Source: Dictyostelium discoideum
Lineage: Eukaryota
Direction of reading: 5' to 3'
Length of the DNA: 64,000 bases
NCBI GenBank assembly: GCA_000004695.1
Contig: CM000151.3
Span: 7,936,001-8,000,000, forward strand
Part shown: positions 49,968 to 62,659 of the stretch, piece by piece
Numbering within the stretch: position 1 is the stretch's first letter
Layout: each line of letters starts with the position of its first letter
The notes under the pieces: generated by a model
Told to the model about the DNA's origin: nothing
The model's database searches: none
What the model saw: the letters and a program-made list of their open reading frames with translations, nothing else
Position numbers and translations under genes: made by a program

Positions 49968-50251
49968 ATGAAACAATACCCAATAAAGATTTATCCAGAA
50001 AATACATTAACAATATTATTATTTAAAAATGTAACAAATACAAATGAAATTAAAGATGGTTTACAAAATGGGTTATGGGATTGGTCAGTTGCAAATTGTA
50101 AACCAATTTTTGATGATCAACAAATTTTAATTGCTGCAACTAAATCAATATCTGCATTTTCAGAATCAAAAAAACCAGAATCATTTAATGAAATAAAGAT
50201 ATAATTAATAGATTATCACCATCTGGAAATGTAAGAGTTTTTATTTTTTGG

Positions 50252-50306
<55 letters not shown>

Positions 50307-50733
50307 ATATTAATTCAAATAAATTAATGATTGATATGTTTATTTTTAAAAATATAAATATAAATAGTTTGCAGATTCTTTAACAAATTTTGGATTAAAT
50401 GGTGATGACAGTGAATTTTTTGTATTTTTAATGAACGCTACACAAGAAAAGATTGATCAAGTTAAAAATAATATTAAAGGTGAAGAGGTTGATATTAGTA
50501 ATGAATCAAAAAATATTTATTTTAATCCAGATTTCGCTAAAAAGGTAATACACTCTTTTTTTATTTCATTATATTTTTTTATTTTATTAATTATTTTTTT
50601 AATTATTATTCAGGTTTATAAAATTAGTGATATAGAATTACCAAATGAACTTTCAACATCAAATAATGAATTATATTTAGAAAAATTAAAAGGATTAATA
50701 ATAAATAATATGGCTGTTAAAGGTTTATTATAG
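49968..50733 (+). CDS. Cgi121/TPRKB (KEOPS complex subunit) ortholog, three exons, with an apparent 1-nt frameshift in exon 1
   Basis: Exons are 49968..50230, 50368..50544 and 50614..50733. Introns are GTAAGA...AAATAG and a 69-nt GTAATA...TTCAG. LTILLFKNVTN..DDQQILIAATKSI, LSPSGN-FADSLTNFGLNGDDSEFFVFL and FAKKVYKISD align with TPRKB. Within exon 1 the frame changes near 50190..50198, by a TAA at 50202 in one frame and a TGA at 50189 in the other. Adding one A to the GAAATAAAG run gives a continuous ...ESFNENKDIINRLSPSGN. Confidence 0.6.
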
Positions 50734-50924
50734 TTTTGAAATAAAAAAAAAAAAAAAGTTTTGCACAGAGGCAAATTTTTTTTTTTTTTTTTTTTTTTTG
50801 GATATTAAAATATTATTTACTTATCATTCATTACTTTATTTATACAAAAGAAAATTATTTATAACGAATAAAAAATTAAATAATAATTTTATTGTTTCAA
50901 ATTATATTTTTTATTATTTATTTT

Positions 50925-51640
50925 AACATGTTCATAGGATATTATTAAAGAGGAATATGTTGACATAAATTTTAAAAAATTTTTTTTTTTTTTTTCCTTT
51001 TCTTTTCGTTTGATTTTTGGAAAGTTTTAATTTTTTTTTTTTTTTTTTTGTTATGAAAATCTGATTTTTAATTTTTGATGATTTATGATTCACTTGAATT
51101 TTTTTATTTTATTATTATTTTATTTAAATTTAACATTCTCTTAGGATATTACTAAAGAGGAATATGTTGGTATAAATTTTAAAATTTTTTTTTTTTTTTT
51201 CCTTTTCTTTTCGTTTGATTTTTGGAAAGTTTTAATTTTTTTTTAATTTTTTTTTTTTTTAAGTAAATAAAATTAAAAAAAAAAAAATTTGAAAATTAAA
51301 ACAATAGTCAGAAAATAAAAATTTGACCCAGATATTTTCTTAAATTATTTTTTTTTGAACCATGACTTTTAAATTTTTGTCAAAAGCCATGATTCAAAAA
51401 AAAAAAAAGGCGACAAACCAACTCAAAACCACCTTAATCCTTAAATTTTTTTAAATAAAATTTTTTTTATTATTTTTGATAGGAAATCTGTATCAGATGG
51501 TATGATTGGTGTTTGGGAATAATGATGTTGAATGGTCCAGAGTTTAAAAGAGGAATGTGTTGAAATAGATTTTAAAAAATTTTTTTTTTTTTTTTTCTTT
51601 TAATTTCATTGGATTTTTAAATAGTTTTTTTAACTTTTTT
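50925..51640. repeat. tandem/dispersed ~200-bp repeat family (2 good copies and 1 diverged copy) with associated hairpin-like TGAACC...GGTTCA motifs
   Basis: The core GGATATTAYTAAAGAGGAATATGTTG..TAAATTTTAAAA..T-run..CCTTTTCTTTTCGTTTGATTTTTGGAAAGTTTTAATTTTT occurs at about 50936..51060 and 51141..51250, with a diverged copy at 51541..51620. Related TGAACCATGACTTTTAAATTTTTGTCAAAAGCCATGATTCA (51358..51400) and TGAACCTTAACTTTTAAATTTTTGTCAGGGACGTGGTTCA (51791..51830) elements lie nearby. Confidence 0.6.
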
Positions 51641-52275
51641 TTTAGGGTTGTGATTGATGGTTTCTTAATTTTTTATTTATTTTTTTTAAATTTTAATATT
51701 CAATGTTTATTTTGAACAGTTTATGATTCAATTGAATTTTAAATTTTTTTTTTTTTTTTAATTATTTTTTTTTTTTTTTTTTTTTTTTTTGAACCTTAAC
51801 TTTTAAATTTTTGTCAGGGACGTGGTTCAAAAAAAAAAAAAAAAAAAATTACATATTTAATTTTAAATTGGGTATCTTCTCGCATTTTTCCAACCAGAAA
51901 ACCTGTTGTAATTTTAAGGATCACAAAAAAAGTAAGATTCTTTTTAAAAATTTTAATCAATTCACCAAAATCTTAAGTGAAAAAAAAGAAAAATAAATTT
52001 ATTTTAATTGAAATTTAAATGGGTCATTTAATTATAATAAAAATCAATTCCAAAATAAAATTTAAAATTAATTAAATTTATTTAATTTGAAAATTTTAAT
52101 TTCAATATAAAAATAAATTTTTTTTTTCAATTTATTTAAAAAAAAAAACAAACAATTAAATCATTTAAATTAGTAAATCAATAAACAAATAAATGTAGGT
52201 GTTAAATTATATTTTTTTTTTTTAAAAAAAAGTTTTATTCTAATATTTTTTTTATTTTTTAATAAACATTAAAAG

Positions 52276-52674
52276 ATGTCAGAACAATCAGAACAAGCAG
52301 AACAAGCAGAATCACCAATACATACTGTTTATTTAATCAATCCAACTAATAGTGTTGAAAATGACACATTTAGAATTTCCTTTTTTGATGGTGTATTATA
52401 TTGGGCCCATTCAACAAATTTTATTGGTTTCCATGGAGGTTATCAAACAGTAAGTACTACTGGCATTAATTACCGTTTCCATGGCAATGATGATCACTAC
52501 CAGGTTGAGTATATTTGTAAGAATACTCCTTCAAGTGTTTTTAAATATCTCAGAGAAGAAATCCAATCCTTAGATGGATTCCACCAACATGTTCTTCCAA
52601 CTGGCACCGGTACTATCATTTTGAAATCTGAAATCAGCGCATTGCGTTTAAGAGTTGTTGCCCGAAATATTTAA
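52276..52674 (+). CDS. small hypothetical protein (132 aa), compositionally atypical
   Basis: Genuine ATG. Not low-complexity. GC/C-ending codon content is higher than in neighbouring genes. No recognised family. Confidence 0.4.
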   Translation: MSEQSEQAEQAESPIHTVYLINPTNSVENDTFRISFFDGVLYWAHSTNFIGFHGGYQTVSTTGINYRFHGNDDHYQVEYICKNTPSSVFKYLREEIQSLDGFHQHVLPTGTGTIILKSEISALRLRVVARNI

Positions 52675-53158
52675 AAAAATAAAAAAAAATGGTTTAATTT
52701 TTCCAAAAATATTAATTTCTTAAAAATTTAAAAAAACTGGAAAATATTTCCTTTTTAAAATATAATTTTTGTTGAATTTTATTTTTTCTTTTTTTTGATA
52801 ACTTTTGAATATAAAAAAAAAAATGGCGAATTTGTTGTTCTGTTTAAAAAAAAAAAATTAAAAAAAAAAATAAAAAAAAAATAAATTTTGTTGATTTTTT
52901 TTTTTTTTTTTTTGAAAAGAAAAAAAAAAAAAAAAAAAAAAAAAAAACATAATTTGGTTTGTCGGTCGCATATGTGCTGTTGAATTAAATAAAGCGCACA
53001 TCACCTATCAATACGCACATATTAATTATATAATCATTTTATTTCATTCTATTTATTTATTTATTTCAATTTTTTATTTTTTTTTTTAACATAAATTTTA
53101 TAATAATAACAATAATAAAACGAAGCCATTATTAATGTTTTAATTAGTACACTAAAAG

Positions 53159-56100
53159 ATGTCATCATCATTATCATTAGCATATAATAATAATAGTAGT
53201 ATACCATCATCTGTATTATTACAACAACAACAACAACAACAGCAACAACAACAACAGCAACAACAACAACCAACTTCATCAGGATATTCACAACAATGTC
53301 TAGTACCAGATATATTCAAATTTTCAGCTAAAGTACAATTAGCTGAAACCATCAGTTACTTAACACCAGTACCGGTTGAAAGTGTTGAAATTTTAATTAA
53401 ATCATGTTGTTCATTATTACCAAATAAACAATATATTGATATTCAACAAAACGATCCATCAATTAAAAGAATTTTCGATTTAAATCCATCATTATTTTCA
53501 ACAATGATTGTAAGTTTTTAAATAAATAAATGTATTATTATTTAAATAATCAAATTTACTAATTTTCATTATTATGACTATTAAAGAGTATTCGAGCACA
53601 AGAATCAGTTATTGCACTATCACATTTTTATAAATGTTCAAATGGTAATGCAGATAAGAGAATTTTACCAATTTTAAAATCATTTTTAGTGTATTTAACA
53701 TATTTTGGTAATAATAGTGGTAGTAGTGGTAATCAATTGAACCAATCTTCACAATCAAATAGTAGTGTAACTCAACAATCACAAATATTTTCACAATCTA
53801 ATGGATTATCAGTACCAGTTGGTATTCATCAAAATGATATTCAAAATTCACAAAATTTCACCTATTATCTATTGAATCAATTAGCAATATTATCCCATAT
53901 TTCCACTGAAGCTAGTGATGAAATTGTACCAGTTTTCTTGGATTTCTTTAATCAAATTATAAAGAATGAGCAAGTTTCAATCATCTATGGTACACTTCAT
54001 GCATTGGCTGATAAAAATAATACTTTTAATTTCAATAATGATCAATTATCAAAAGTAATTAATTCAATTGAATTAATTGTTGAAAATAATTCAAATACAA
54101 AATATAATCAAAAAAAAGTTTGTATTATTAAAATATATTATTATTTTTTATTTTGAATATAAAATATTAATTTTTTTTTTTTTTTTTTTTTTTCCCTTCC
54201 CTTTAGATTCTTTTATTAGTTTGTCAAGCATTTGAAAGAATTACATATTTAAATGAATTAGAAAAGGATGTAACTAGAATTTATAGAAATGTATTCCCAT
54301 TCACTACATCTTCAATTGCATCAACTGATAATGAAGCATTTGTATCTATTATTGTAAGTATTCTCTTACTTTTCCCCACACACCAGTTTCATAATAGTAA
54401 TAATTATTTTTTTTATTTTTTAGAATGTTATTAGAAGATGTGGTATTTTAGAAGAAAATATTGGTAAAGAAGTTTTAGATTATTGTATTAGATTTATTTC
54501 AGAGATAAAGAGTTTAACTGATAGTGAATGTTCAGTATTATTAAGTAAACCATTCACAGAACAACTTTATCAATCAATTTTTACATCATTGGTTGAAATG
54601 ACAGATAAGTATCCTGAAAAGTTATTAAAGGTAATTGAAGTATTAAAAGATTTCCTTTGTGTTTCACCAGTGATTAAGAATAGTGAAGAGACTAGAAATT
54701 CATTATTCACTTGTATTTGCAACATTTTAACAAATGAATATAAAAAAGAAAGAGGTGTTGAAAATTGTAAATCAATCGTTACATCATTCTTAAATACATT
54801 ACATACATTATATACAGGTTATTTAAATGATAATCTCAATAGTAATGGCATAACACAACAAATTTCATCAACAAATACAACACCATCATCCTCATCAACT
54901 TTAACAACATCAAATAGTAATAATAATACAAATTCAAAATCACCAAATTTAAATAGTGCAAATATAAATTCAAATAATAATAATAATAATAATGGTATTC
55001 AAATTCAATCATTAAAAAATATAATAATTATAATTGGTAAAATTACATGTTCATTAAATGATTTAGGTATTATTGAAATTACGAAATCAAATTTCATTAG
55101 TAGATTAGCTTTTCCACCAAGTGAAATTGATAATTTAATATTATTTCAATTGACAGATATTGGTTTATTGGAACATCCAATTATAACAGATTCAATTGTT
55201 GCAATGATTACAAGTTTATTTAAAAAGATTTGTAAAGATTCTAATCAAGGTTTAATTACAAATATTACCGATATAGCATTACAAAAATTGGCAAAACATT
55301 TAGTTAATGAGAAATTACGTCTAGATTTATGTAGAAAGATTTTAAAACTTTTCCAACAGCTAGGTAAAAGTTTTAGAAGGGGTGATAATAGTAATTTTTC
55401 AAATACAAATGGTGGTGGTGGTGGAGGTGGTGGTAATTTCAATAGTAATTATAATAATATGGATCCAAATTATTTATCATCACCAATTTTAAAAGGTATG
55501 GGATTCTTATTACCAACAATAGCAGAGTTAATTAGAACTATACCAATTAGAACATTGGATAGTTCAAATTCTGTGGTTTTTAATGCAGTTGTACCACCTA
55601 CTGGAATCAATAGTGATGGAGAGGAGTTGTTCAATTTAAATAGTGCCTCTGATGTTAAGCTTTATAGATCGGTTTGGTTCTATTGTGTTTTCTTTAAATT
55701 CTCAATTCAAGGTATATGGAGAAGTGATTGGTGGCTAAGTGTTCAAATGATAGCTGCACATTTATCACCATTGATTTCAAATAAACCTCATAACTACTTG
55801 GAAATGGAGGTTGAATTGGATAGTATTATTAAACAAGGCCTTGAAAAGGACTACTTTTACAATGTTAAACAATCATTGGTTGAACAATTACCAAACTATA
55901 CTGCCTATATAAAGAATTTAACATTGGCTCAATTGGGATTCATTCATTCGGTTTACATATTGGAGACTATGAGATTCGCTGTGTCTGGCTCATTCGAATT
56001 GGCATTTGGTTATTTGGAAGATCAAGGTATTGAAAACATTAATGTATCATCTTGTATTCGTGCAATTGTCGATAAGGTATTCGCAGATTTCCTAACTGGC

Positions 56101-59100
56101 TACGCTCCAATCTCGACAACACCAATCGCAGAATATGAGTTATCACTCCATGCCGCTTTCCTTTTGGTCAAATTTTGTTATCCACACGAACCAGTGCGTA
56201 AGGCTGCCGATGATTATATCTCAACATTGGTCACTAAATTCCCACAAGTTTTATGGAGTAAACATTGTCTTTCAACACTATTGGATCTAATTGAAGCCAT
56301 TGGTAAAGGCGCAAAAGCAAAACCAATGGATATGATTTCAGTTAGATTAACTCATTCACATCTATTGATTGAATTACCCGATGAAACACCAGTTCGTCAA
56401 CGTCTTTTACAAGATATCATAGCTTTGGGTAACATTTGGTTAAAGAGTGGTACCAATGCAGCACCCTCTGAAATCCAAGAATTACTTCAAGAGTATATGC
56501 AAAGATTTAATCAATTAAAACATCAACATATGGGTCTATCATTAGCCGTTGAAATTGGTTCGAATGCTGATTTAGCAGCCGATAAATTAATCTCAAATCA
56601 TGGTGCTGAAATTTTAACAAATCAAGCTGCAATCAATAATCAATCACAATTTAACAATCAATCTGGTGGTTTGGCAAGTTGTACAACTAGTAATGCTGCA
56701 AACTTTGTAAATTCATTACAATTAAAAGTACTCTATGGTGGTGAAATTAAAGGTATGTTACATATGATGAATGTTATGGATGAACGTGTTCAACAAAAGA
56801 AATTATTACAACAACAACAAAAACAACTTAATGGTGAAGACAATGATGATGACGACGACGACGATGATGAAGAAATTTCAGAAGAAATTGAAGATAGAGC
56901 ATATGATATTTTAGTTAAAGAATTTGAAAATTTAATTTCAAATGTTCATAAAAGTAATCATCCAGCAAATAATATGGCATTCATTTCAATTATGTATAGA
57001 TCATGTGCATTTTTAATTAATCATTACTTTGGTTCAAATGTACGTTTAATTCATATGATTTGTTATGCACCTGCTTATATTTTCACAAAAGAATCAATGG
57101 AGATTGGTGTTGGCTGTTGGAAATGGTTATTAGCTGAAAGACCTGATCTTTCAAAATTCATTATGACTTCAATTAGTGATATTTGGACATGGACAGTTAA
57201 TCAAAGAATTGGTCTTTTTGCAAATAATGAAAGAGAACCATCACCATTATCTATCTCTAGTCAACAAACTTCAATGGATAATAAACAAGTTAATGAAATT
57301 TTATCAACTTCACCAAATAATAATAATAATAATAATAATACCAATAATAATACCAATAATAATAATCCAATTATTAATGATCCTGAAGCAAGTACAACTG
57401 GTGGTTTTAATAAAGAAGATGAAAGAAATAAATATATTAGACAATTTAAACCACCAAAATCAATTGATAAAACTAGTGATGTTCCTCATAAGATTTGGTT
57501 AGATTTCTTAGAAGAAAGATTCACTGTCTCTAGATATAGCTCACAAGATCAAATGGATATTATTGTTGGTATCATTCAAAAATCAGTTATGGATCCAGAT
57601 GGTCTTAGTGTTTCACCAAAGAGTTTAGGTTCACGTTTCAAATTATTGTTATTGGCAATGAAGTTAATTCAAGGTGATTTTGTTCGTGATGCTTTTAATA
57701 CTCGTTTAATGCGTGAAAGAGTTTATTTAGCTTCCCTAAGTTGGTTTTATTTAGCACCAGTTTGGTATGGTCCTGCTGAAGCTGGCTCACAAGCTCAATT
57801 AGAAATTGATACAAAAACATTGATTGAATATTGTAAGACACTTCAAGCTGAAACTATCTTTCAATTTATGGATAAACGTTATACATTCATTCAAAGTACT
57901 GGTAGTGGTAGTGGTAGTACAACTGGTAGTTTAAGAAGTGGTGTTAGTGGTGTTGGTGGTGGTGTTGGTGGTAATAGTGGTATTTCAAATGGTGGTATTG
58001 CAAATGGTGTTTCAACCAATAATAATGTTGGTAATATTAATAATAATAATAGTAATTTAAATCTTGGATCAAATTCAGTATTACTACCAAATGGTAATTA
58101 TCAACCATCAACCTATGCAACTATTAGAGGTAGTAAAATGTTACAACAATTAGCTAATGGTAGTATTGGTATTCCAATGGATCAATCAAATGGTTCAATA
58201 TCATCTTCATCATCAGTAAGTGGTTTAACACAAAGTTTATCATCAACCTCGTTATATGGTGGATTTAGTATGCATAATTATGGTAGTGGTATTGGTGTTG
58301 GTATAAGTCCAAATAATTTCGCACCAACAACATCAAATAATCCTTACTCTTCAGTGGTTCGTAATTCATCAACATTAAAACAAATTAATGAATCATCATC
58401 AGTATCATCATTTGATTTAATGAATTATGGTGGTGGTGGATTGGAAAGTACAAGAAGTATGTTAGATATTGCAGGTGGTGGTGTTGGTACAATGACATCA
58501 GTTGCAGGTCAACAAATTTCTCAAGCATTATTATTGGATTCAATAGCAGGTGGTAATTTAAATAAACCAGTTGTAAGTGAAGCACATTTAATTGAGTTAA
58601 GAAAGAGAAGAAATTTAATACTTTTATTGGTTGGTAATGAATTGGAGAGAATGTCAGCATGGAATTCACCAGTTAGTCGTATCTCTACACAAATTCCAGA
58701 ACAAACTAAATTTGTCTATGAAAATTTACCAAAATCAATGAAATTGAAATGGAAAGATTATTTAATCTCTGCATGGAAAATCAATCCAAAATTGGCCATT
58801 CATTTTAGTTCTCGTTTCCCTCATTCAAAGATTAAGAGTTTATTAAGTGAAATGGTGGTAAAGAATACTAAAGCAGTTTTAGACATTCCAGAGGCATTAC
58901 CATTTTTAGTGACTGAAGAGAATGTCAAGGCCAATATACCAGAGTTAAAGTATCTTTTATATTGGGAAACTGTTACACCACCTATGGCAATTTCATTATT
59001 GGGAAAACAATATCATTCTCATCCATTGGTTTCACAGTATGCATGTCGTGTACTTCGTTCATTCCCACCTGAAACCATCATGTTTTACATTCCACAATTA

Positions 59101-60777
59101 ACTCAAGCATTACGTTACGATAGATCGGGTCAAGTTGAGAACTATTTGGTTCAAGCATCTAAAACCTCTGAACTTTTAGCTCATCAAATCATTTGGAATG
59201 TTCAAACCTACACTGAAAGCGATCCAAATGGTCGTATGGCACCTATCGATGATCCAATCATTCAAAATGTTGCAAAACGTTTGAAAGATCGTGTCATTGA
59301 AGAAATGCAAACTCAAGATAAAGTCTATCAAAATTATCGTGAAGAATTTGAATTCTTTGAATCATTCACTTCAATCTCTGGTCGTTTACTTCAACTTAAA
59401 GATCCATCAAAGAGAAAAGGTCAATTGAGAGATGAATTGAAAATGTTATCAGTTTCAAGTAATCATTCACCATTGTATATGCCAACCAATCCAAAATCAT
59501 TAGTTGTTGGTTTAGAAGTTGATTCTGCAATGACACTTCAATCCGCTGCAAAAGTACCAATTCTTGTAAACTTTAAAGTCATTGAAAGAAATTTACCAAC
59601 TCCTTCATCAAGTATCTCAAATGTTAAATCACCACCACCAAGTAGTTCACCAATTGAAACAACTTCATCAGTTGCTCCAACTGGTACTTCATCAATTCAT
59701 TCTTCATCATCTTCAACTTTATTACCAATACCATTACCAATTAATGGTAGTAGTAATAATATTATTAATAGTAGTAATAATAATAATAAAAATATTACTG
59801 TATCACCATTAAAATCATCAAGTGGATCTGCAATGGGACCACCACCATCACAACAACAACAACCACCATTATTAGGTAGTACAAATCCATTATTAAGAGA
59901 AAGTACAAGACAACTTAGAAAGAATGTAAATAAAAAACCACAAGAAAATAAGGATACTGAAGCAAATAATAATAAAGTTCATATTCAAGGTTGTATCTTT
60001 AAATCTGGTGATGATATTAGACAAGATATGTTGGCACTTCAAATCATTGATATCTTTAAACGTATTTTCAAATATGTTGGATTGGATCTATATTTATTCC
60101 CATACAAAGTAATTGCAACTAAACCAGGTTGTGGTATGATTGAATTGGTACCTAATACAATGTCACGTGATCAAATTGGTAAAAAAGTTAATGGTAATCT
60201 TTACAATTATTTCATTAGTAAATATGGTAATAAAAATTCAATCGGTTTCCAAAATGCTCGTAGAAATTTCATTAAATCGATGGCTGCCTATTCTGTGGTA
60301 AGTTATATCCTTCAAATTAAAGATCGTCACAATGCAAACATTTTAGTCGACGAGGAGGGTCATATCGTTCATATCGATTTCGGTTTCATTTTCGATATCT
60401 CTCCAGGTGGTGAATTGTTAACATTTGAAGCTTCCCCATTCAAGATGAATCAAGAAATGATCGATATTATGGGTGGTAAACCAAATGCTGAACAATTTGT
60501 TTGGTTTATGGAACAATCAGTACGTGCTTTCTTGGCTGCTAGACAACATATGGATAGTATCATCACCTTGGTCGAACTAATGTTGGATACCAAATTACCA
60601 TGTTTCCGTGAACAAACCATTTATAATCTTCGTCAAAGATTCTGTCCAAATAAGAGTGAAACTATTGCTGCTAAATTTATGAGTAAAATCGTTTTAGATT
60701 CTTTCTCAACAATTAGTACTTTCTCTACATATTTCTATGATGTTTTCCAATATTATGATAATGGTATTGAAATGTAA
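53159..60777 (+). CDS. phosphatidylinositol 4-kinase III alpha (PI4KA/Stt4-like), four exons, about 2460 aa
   Basis: Exons are 53159..53509, 53587..54117, 54207..54353 and 54424..60777. Introns are GTAAGT...AAAG, GTTTGT...TTTAG (weak donor) and GTAAGT...TTTTAG, all phase 0. The C-terminal PI3K/PI4K catalytic domain carries GDDIRQDMLALQII, IKDRHNANILVDEEGHIVHIDFGFIF and FKMNQEMIDIMGG. The upstream accessory region, LLYWETVTPPMAISLL...VLRSFPPETIMFYIPQLTQALRYD..ENYLVQASKTSELLAHQIIWNVQTYT, matches PI4KA. More 5' exons cannot be excluded. Confidence 0.85.
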
Positions 60778-60970
60778 TAAAATAATAATAATAATAAAAA
60801 TAATGAAAATAAAAAATAAAAAATAAAATAAATATAAATATAATAACAAAAAAATATAAAATATAAAATTTCTTTTTTTTTTTTAAACACTTTAATTTAT
60901 TTTTTATTATTTATTATTTATTATATTCAGATATTTGTACAAATTTTAAAAAAAGAAGAAACTAATTTAG

Positions 60971-61588
60971 CTAATTTATATTAATTTTAATTGTATTTGA
61001 ATAATGTAATTTCTTATTGATTGTAATTGTTAATAAACCATTTTCAAATTGAGTATTGATTGAATTTAAATCTAATTGATATAAAAATTTAGTTAAATCT
61101 AAATATCTCTTAAAATTACCAAATGATCTTTCTGAAATAAACTTTTTTTCAGTTGATTTTGATTTGTTTTCATCTTTTTTATTCTCTTTAGAGTTGGATA
61201 AGGTACTAGTAGTTTCTGTTGATTTTGGTTTAATATCATCTTCATCAAACTCTTCAATTGATGCTTCATCTTCTTTGGTATCTAATAATGATGGTGATGA
61301 TGATGATTTTTCAATAATTAATTGTTTATTTAAATTCTTTTTCTTTTCACCTTGAATTGTGAGTATCGAATCATTAATACTAATTTCAATATCATCTTTT
61401 GAAATGCCTGCTAACTCTGTTTCAATGATTAATTTATCATTTGTCATAGTTACATCCATTGGTGGTAGTATATCAATAATGGTTTTGTTTGTTTTATTAT
61501 TTGTGCGTTGTCTTTTACAACTTTCAAAATAATTTTTATTGTTATTATTATTATTAAGGGTATTTAAAATATCAAAAATAGTAGCCAT
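60971..61588 (-). CDS. small heat-shock protein (HSP20/alpha-crystallin domain; Dictyostelium hspG-like)
   Basis: ATG at 61588. [42 protein letters not shown] ... [13 protein letters not shown] ... [10 protein letters not shown] follows the alpha-crystallin domain pattern, with a K/E/S-rich insert. Confidence 0.7.
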   Translation of the reverse strand: MATIFDILNTLNNNNNNKNYFESCKRQRTNNKTNKTIIDILPPMDVTMTNDKLIIETELAGISKDDIEISINDSILTIQGEKKKNLNKQLIIEKSSSSPSLLDTKEDEASIEEFDEDDIKPKSTETTSTLSNSKENKKDENKSKSTEKKFISERSFGNFKRYLDLTKFLYQLDLNSINTQFENGLLTITINKKLHYSNTIKININ

Positions 61589-62659
61589 TTTTTTAATTTA
61601 TTTTTTATTATTTATGATTTATAAACTTTTTAATTTATTAATTTTGTAATATTATTCTTTATGTTGAGTGTTTATTTGTTTTAGAATTTGGTTTAATGAA
61701 GAAAATAAAAAAAATTTATAGTTTTTTTTTTTAAAGTTATAAAAATTTCACATTGGAATTAAGTCATATTAAAATATTTACAAGAAGATTTTATGGATCA
61801 TTGTCATTTTTTTAAATTAAATTGCAATAATTGTTGTTGAGGAAATCAGTAAAAAACAGTTGAAAAATAATTGAAATTTAAAAAAAAAAAAAAAAAAATT
61901 TTTGCTGATTTCCCACAAAGTCCAAAATAATTAAAAAAAAACAATAATAAAAATATAAAATATAAAAAATAAAAAAATAAAAAAATACATCCTACAATTC
62001 TACACATTTATTCTGGGTTAGCAAGTGATCATCACAATTAAAATTAAATGCAAATAATCCGTGGATTAAAGTTGAAGCTGGTCAAAGATTAATCTTTATT
62101 TATTAATTAACAATATTGAATAAATTAAAAATAAAAGTTTTAAAATTAAATTTAAAAAATTTGAAAAAAAAAAAAAATTTAATAAATAATCTTGATTTAA
62201 TATTTTCTTAATTAATTATTTTATTAATTCATTTGTTCTTTATTTATTTTTTATTTTTATGAAAAAAAAAAACAAAAAAAAAATTAGAGGGTTAGCATAA
62301 ATGTCAATATCAAGTTTTTTTTCATTTCAATTTAAATTTATTATAATATTTTATATTTATTTTATATTTATTTTATATTTTTTTTATATTTATTTTATTT
62401 TTTTATAATCCCTATTTTAGTTTATTAATTTTCTGATTCAAATTTATATTTTAATTATTTTTTTTTTATTTTTTATAATTTGTTTATAATTAATTGTTTT
62501 TTTTTTATTTTATTTTTTTTTTTCTAATTTTTAAATATTTCTTTATGAATGTATTTACTTTTACATGTATAATTTTAAAAAAAAAATAAAAAAATAAAAA
62601 ATTTTAATTTTTCAAAAGAAAAAAAAAAAAAAAAAAAAAAATTAAATGTAAAAAAAATA

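Noticed and set aside
50190-50232. Possibility that the Cgi121 frame change is a tiny intron
   Set aside because: No GT dinucleotide exists between 50140 and 50230. The only donors fall inside segments conserved with TPRKB. A frameshift is the simpler explanation.
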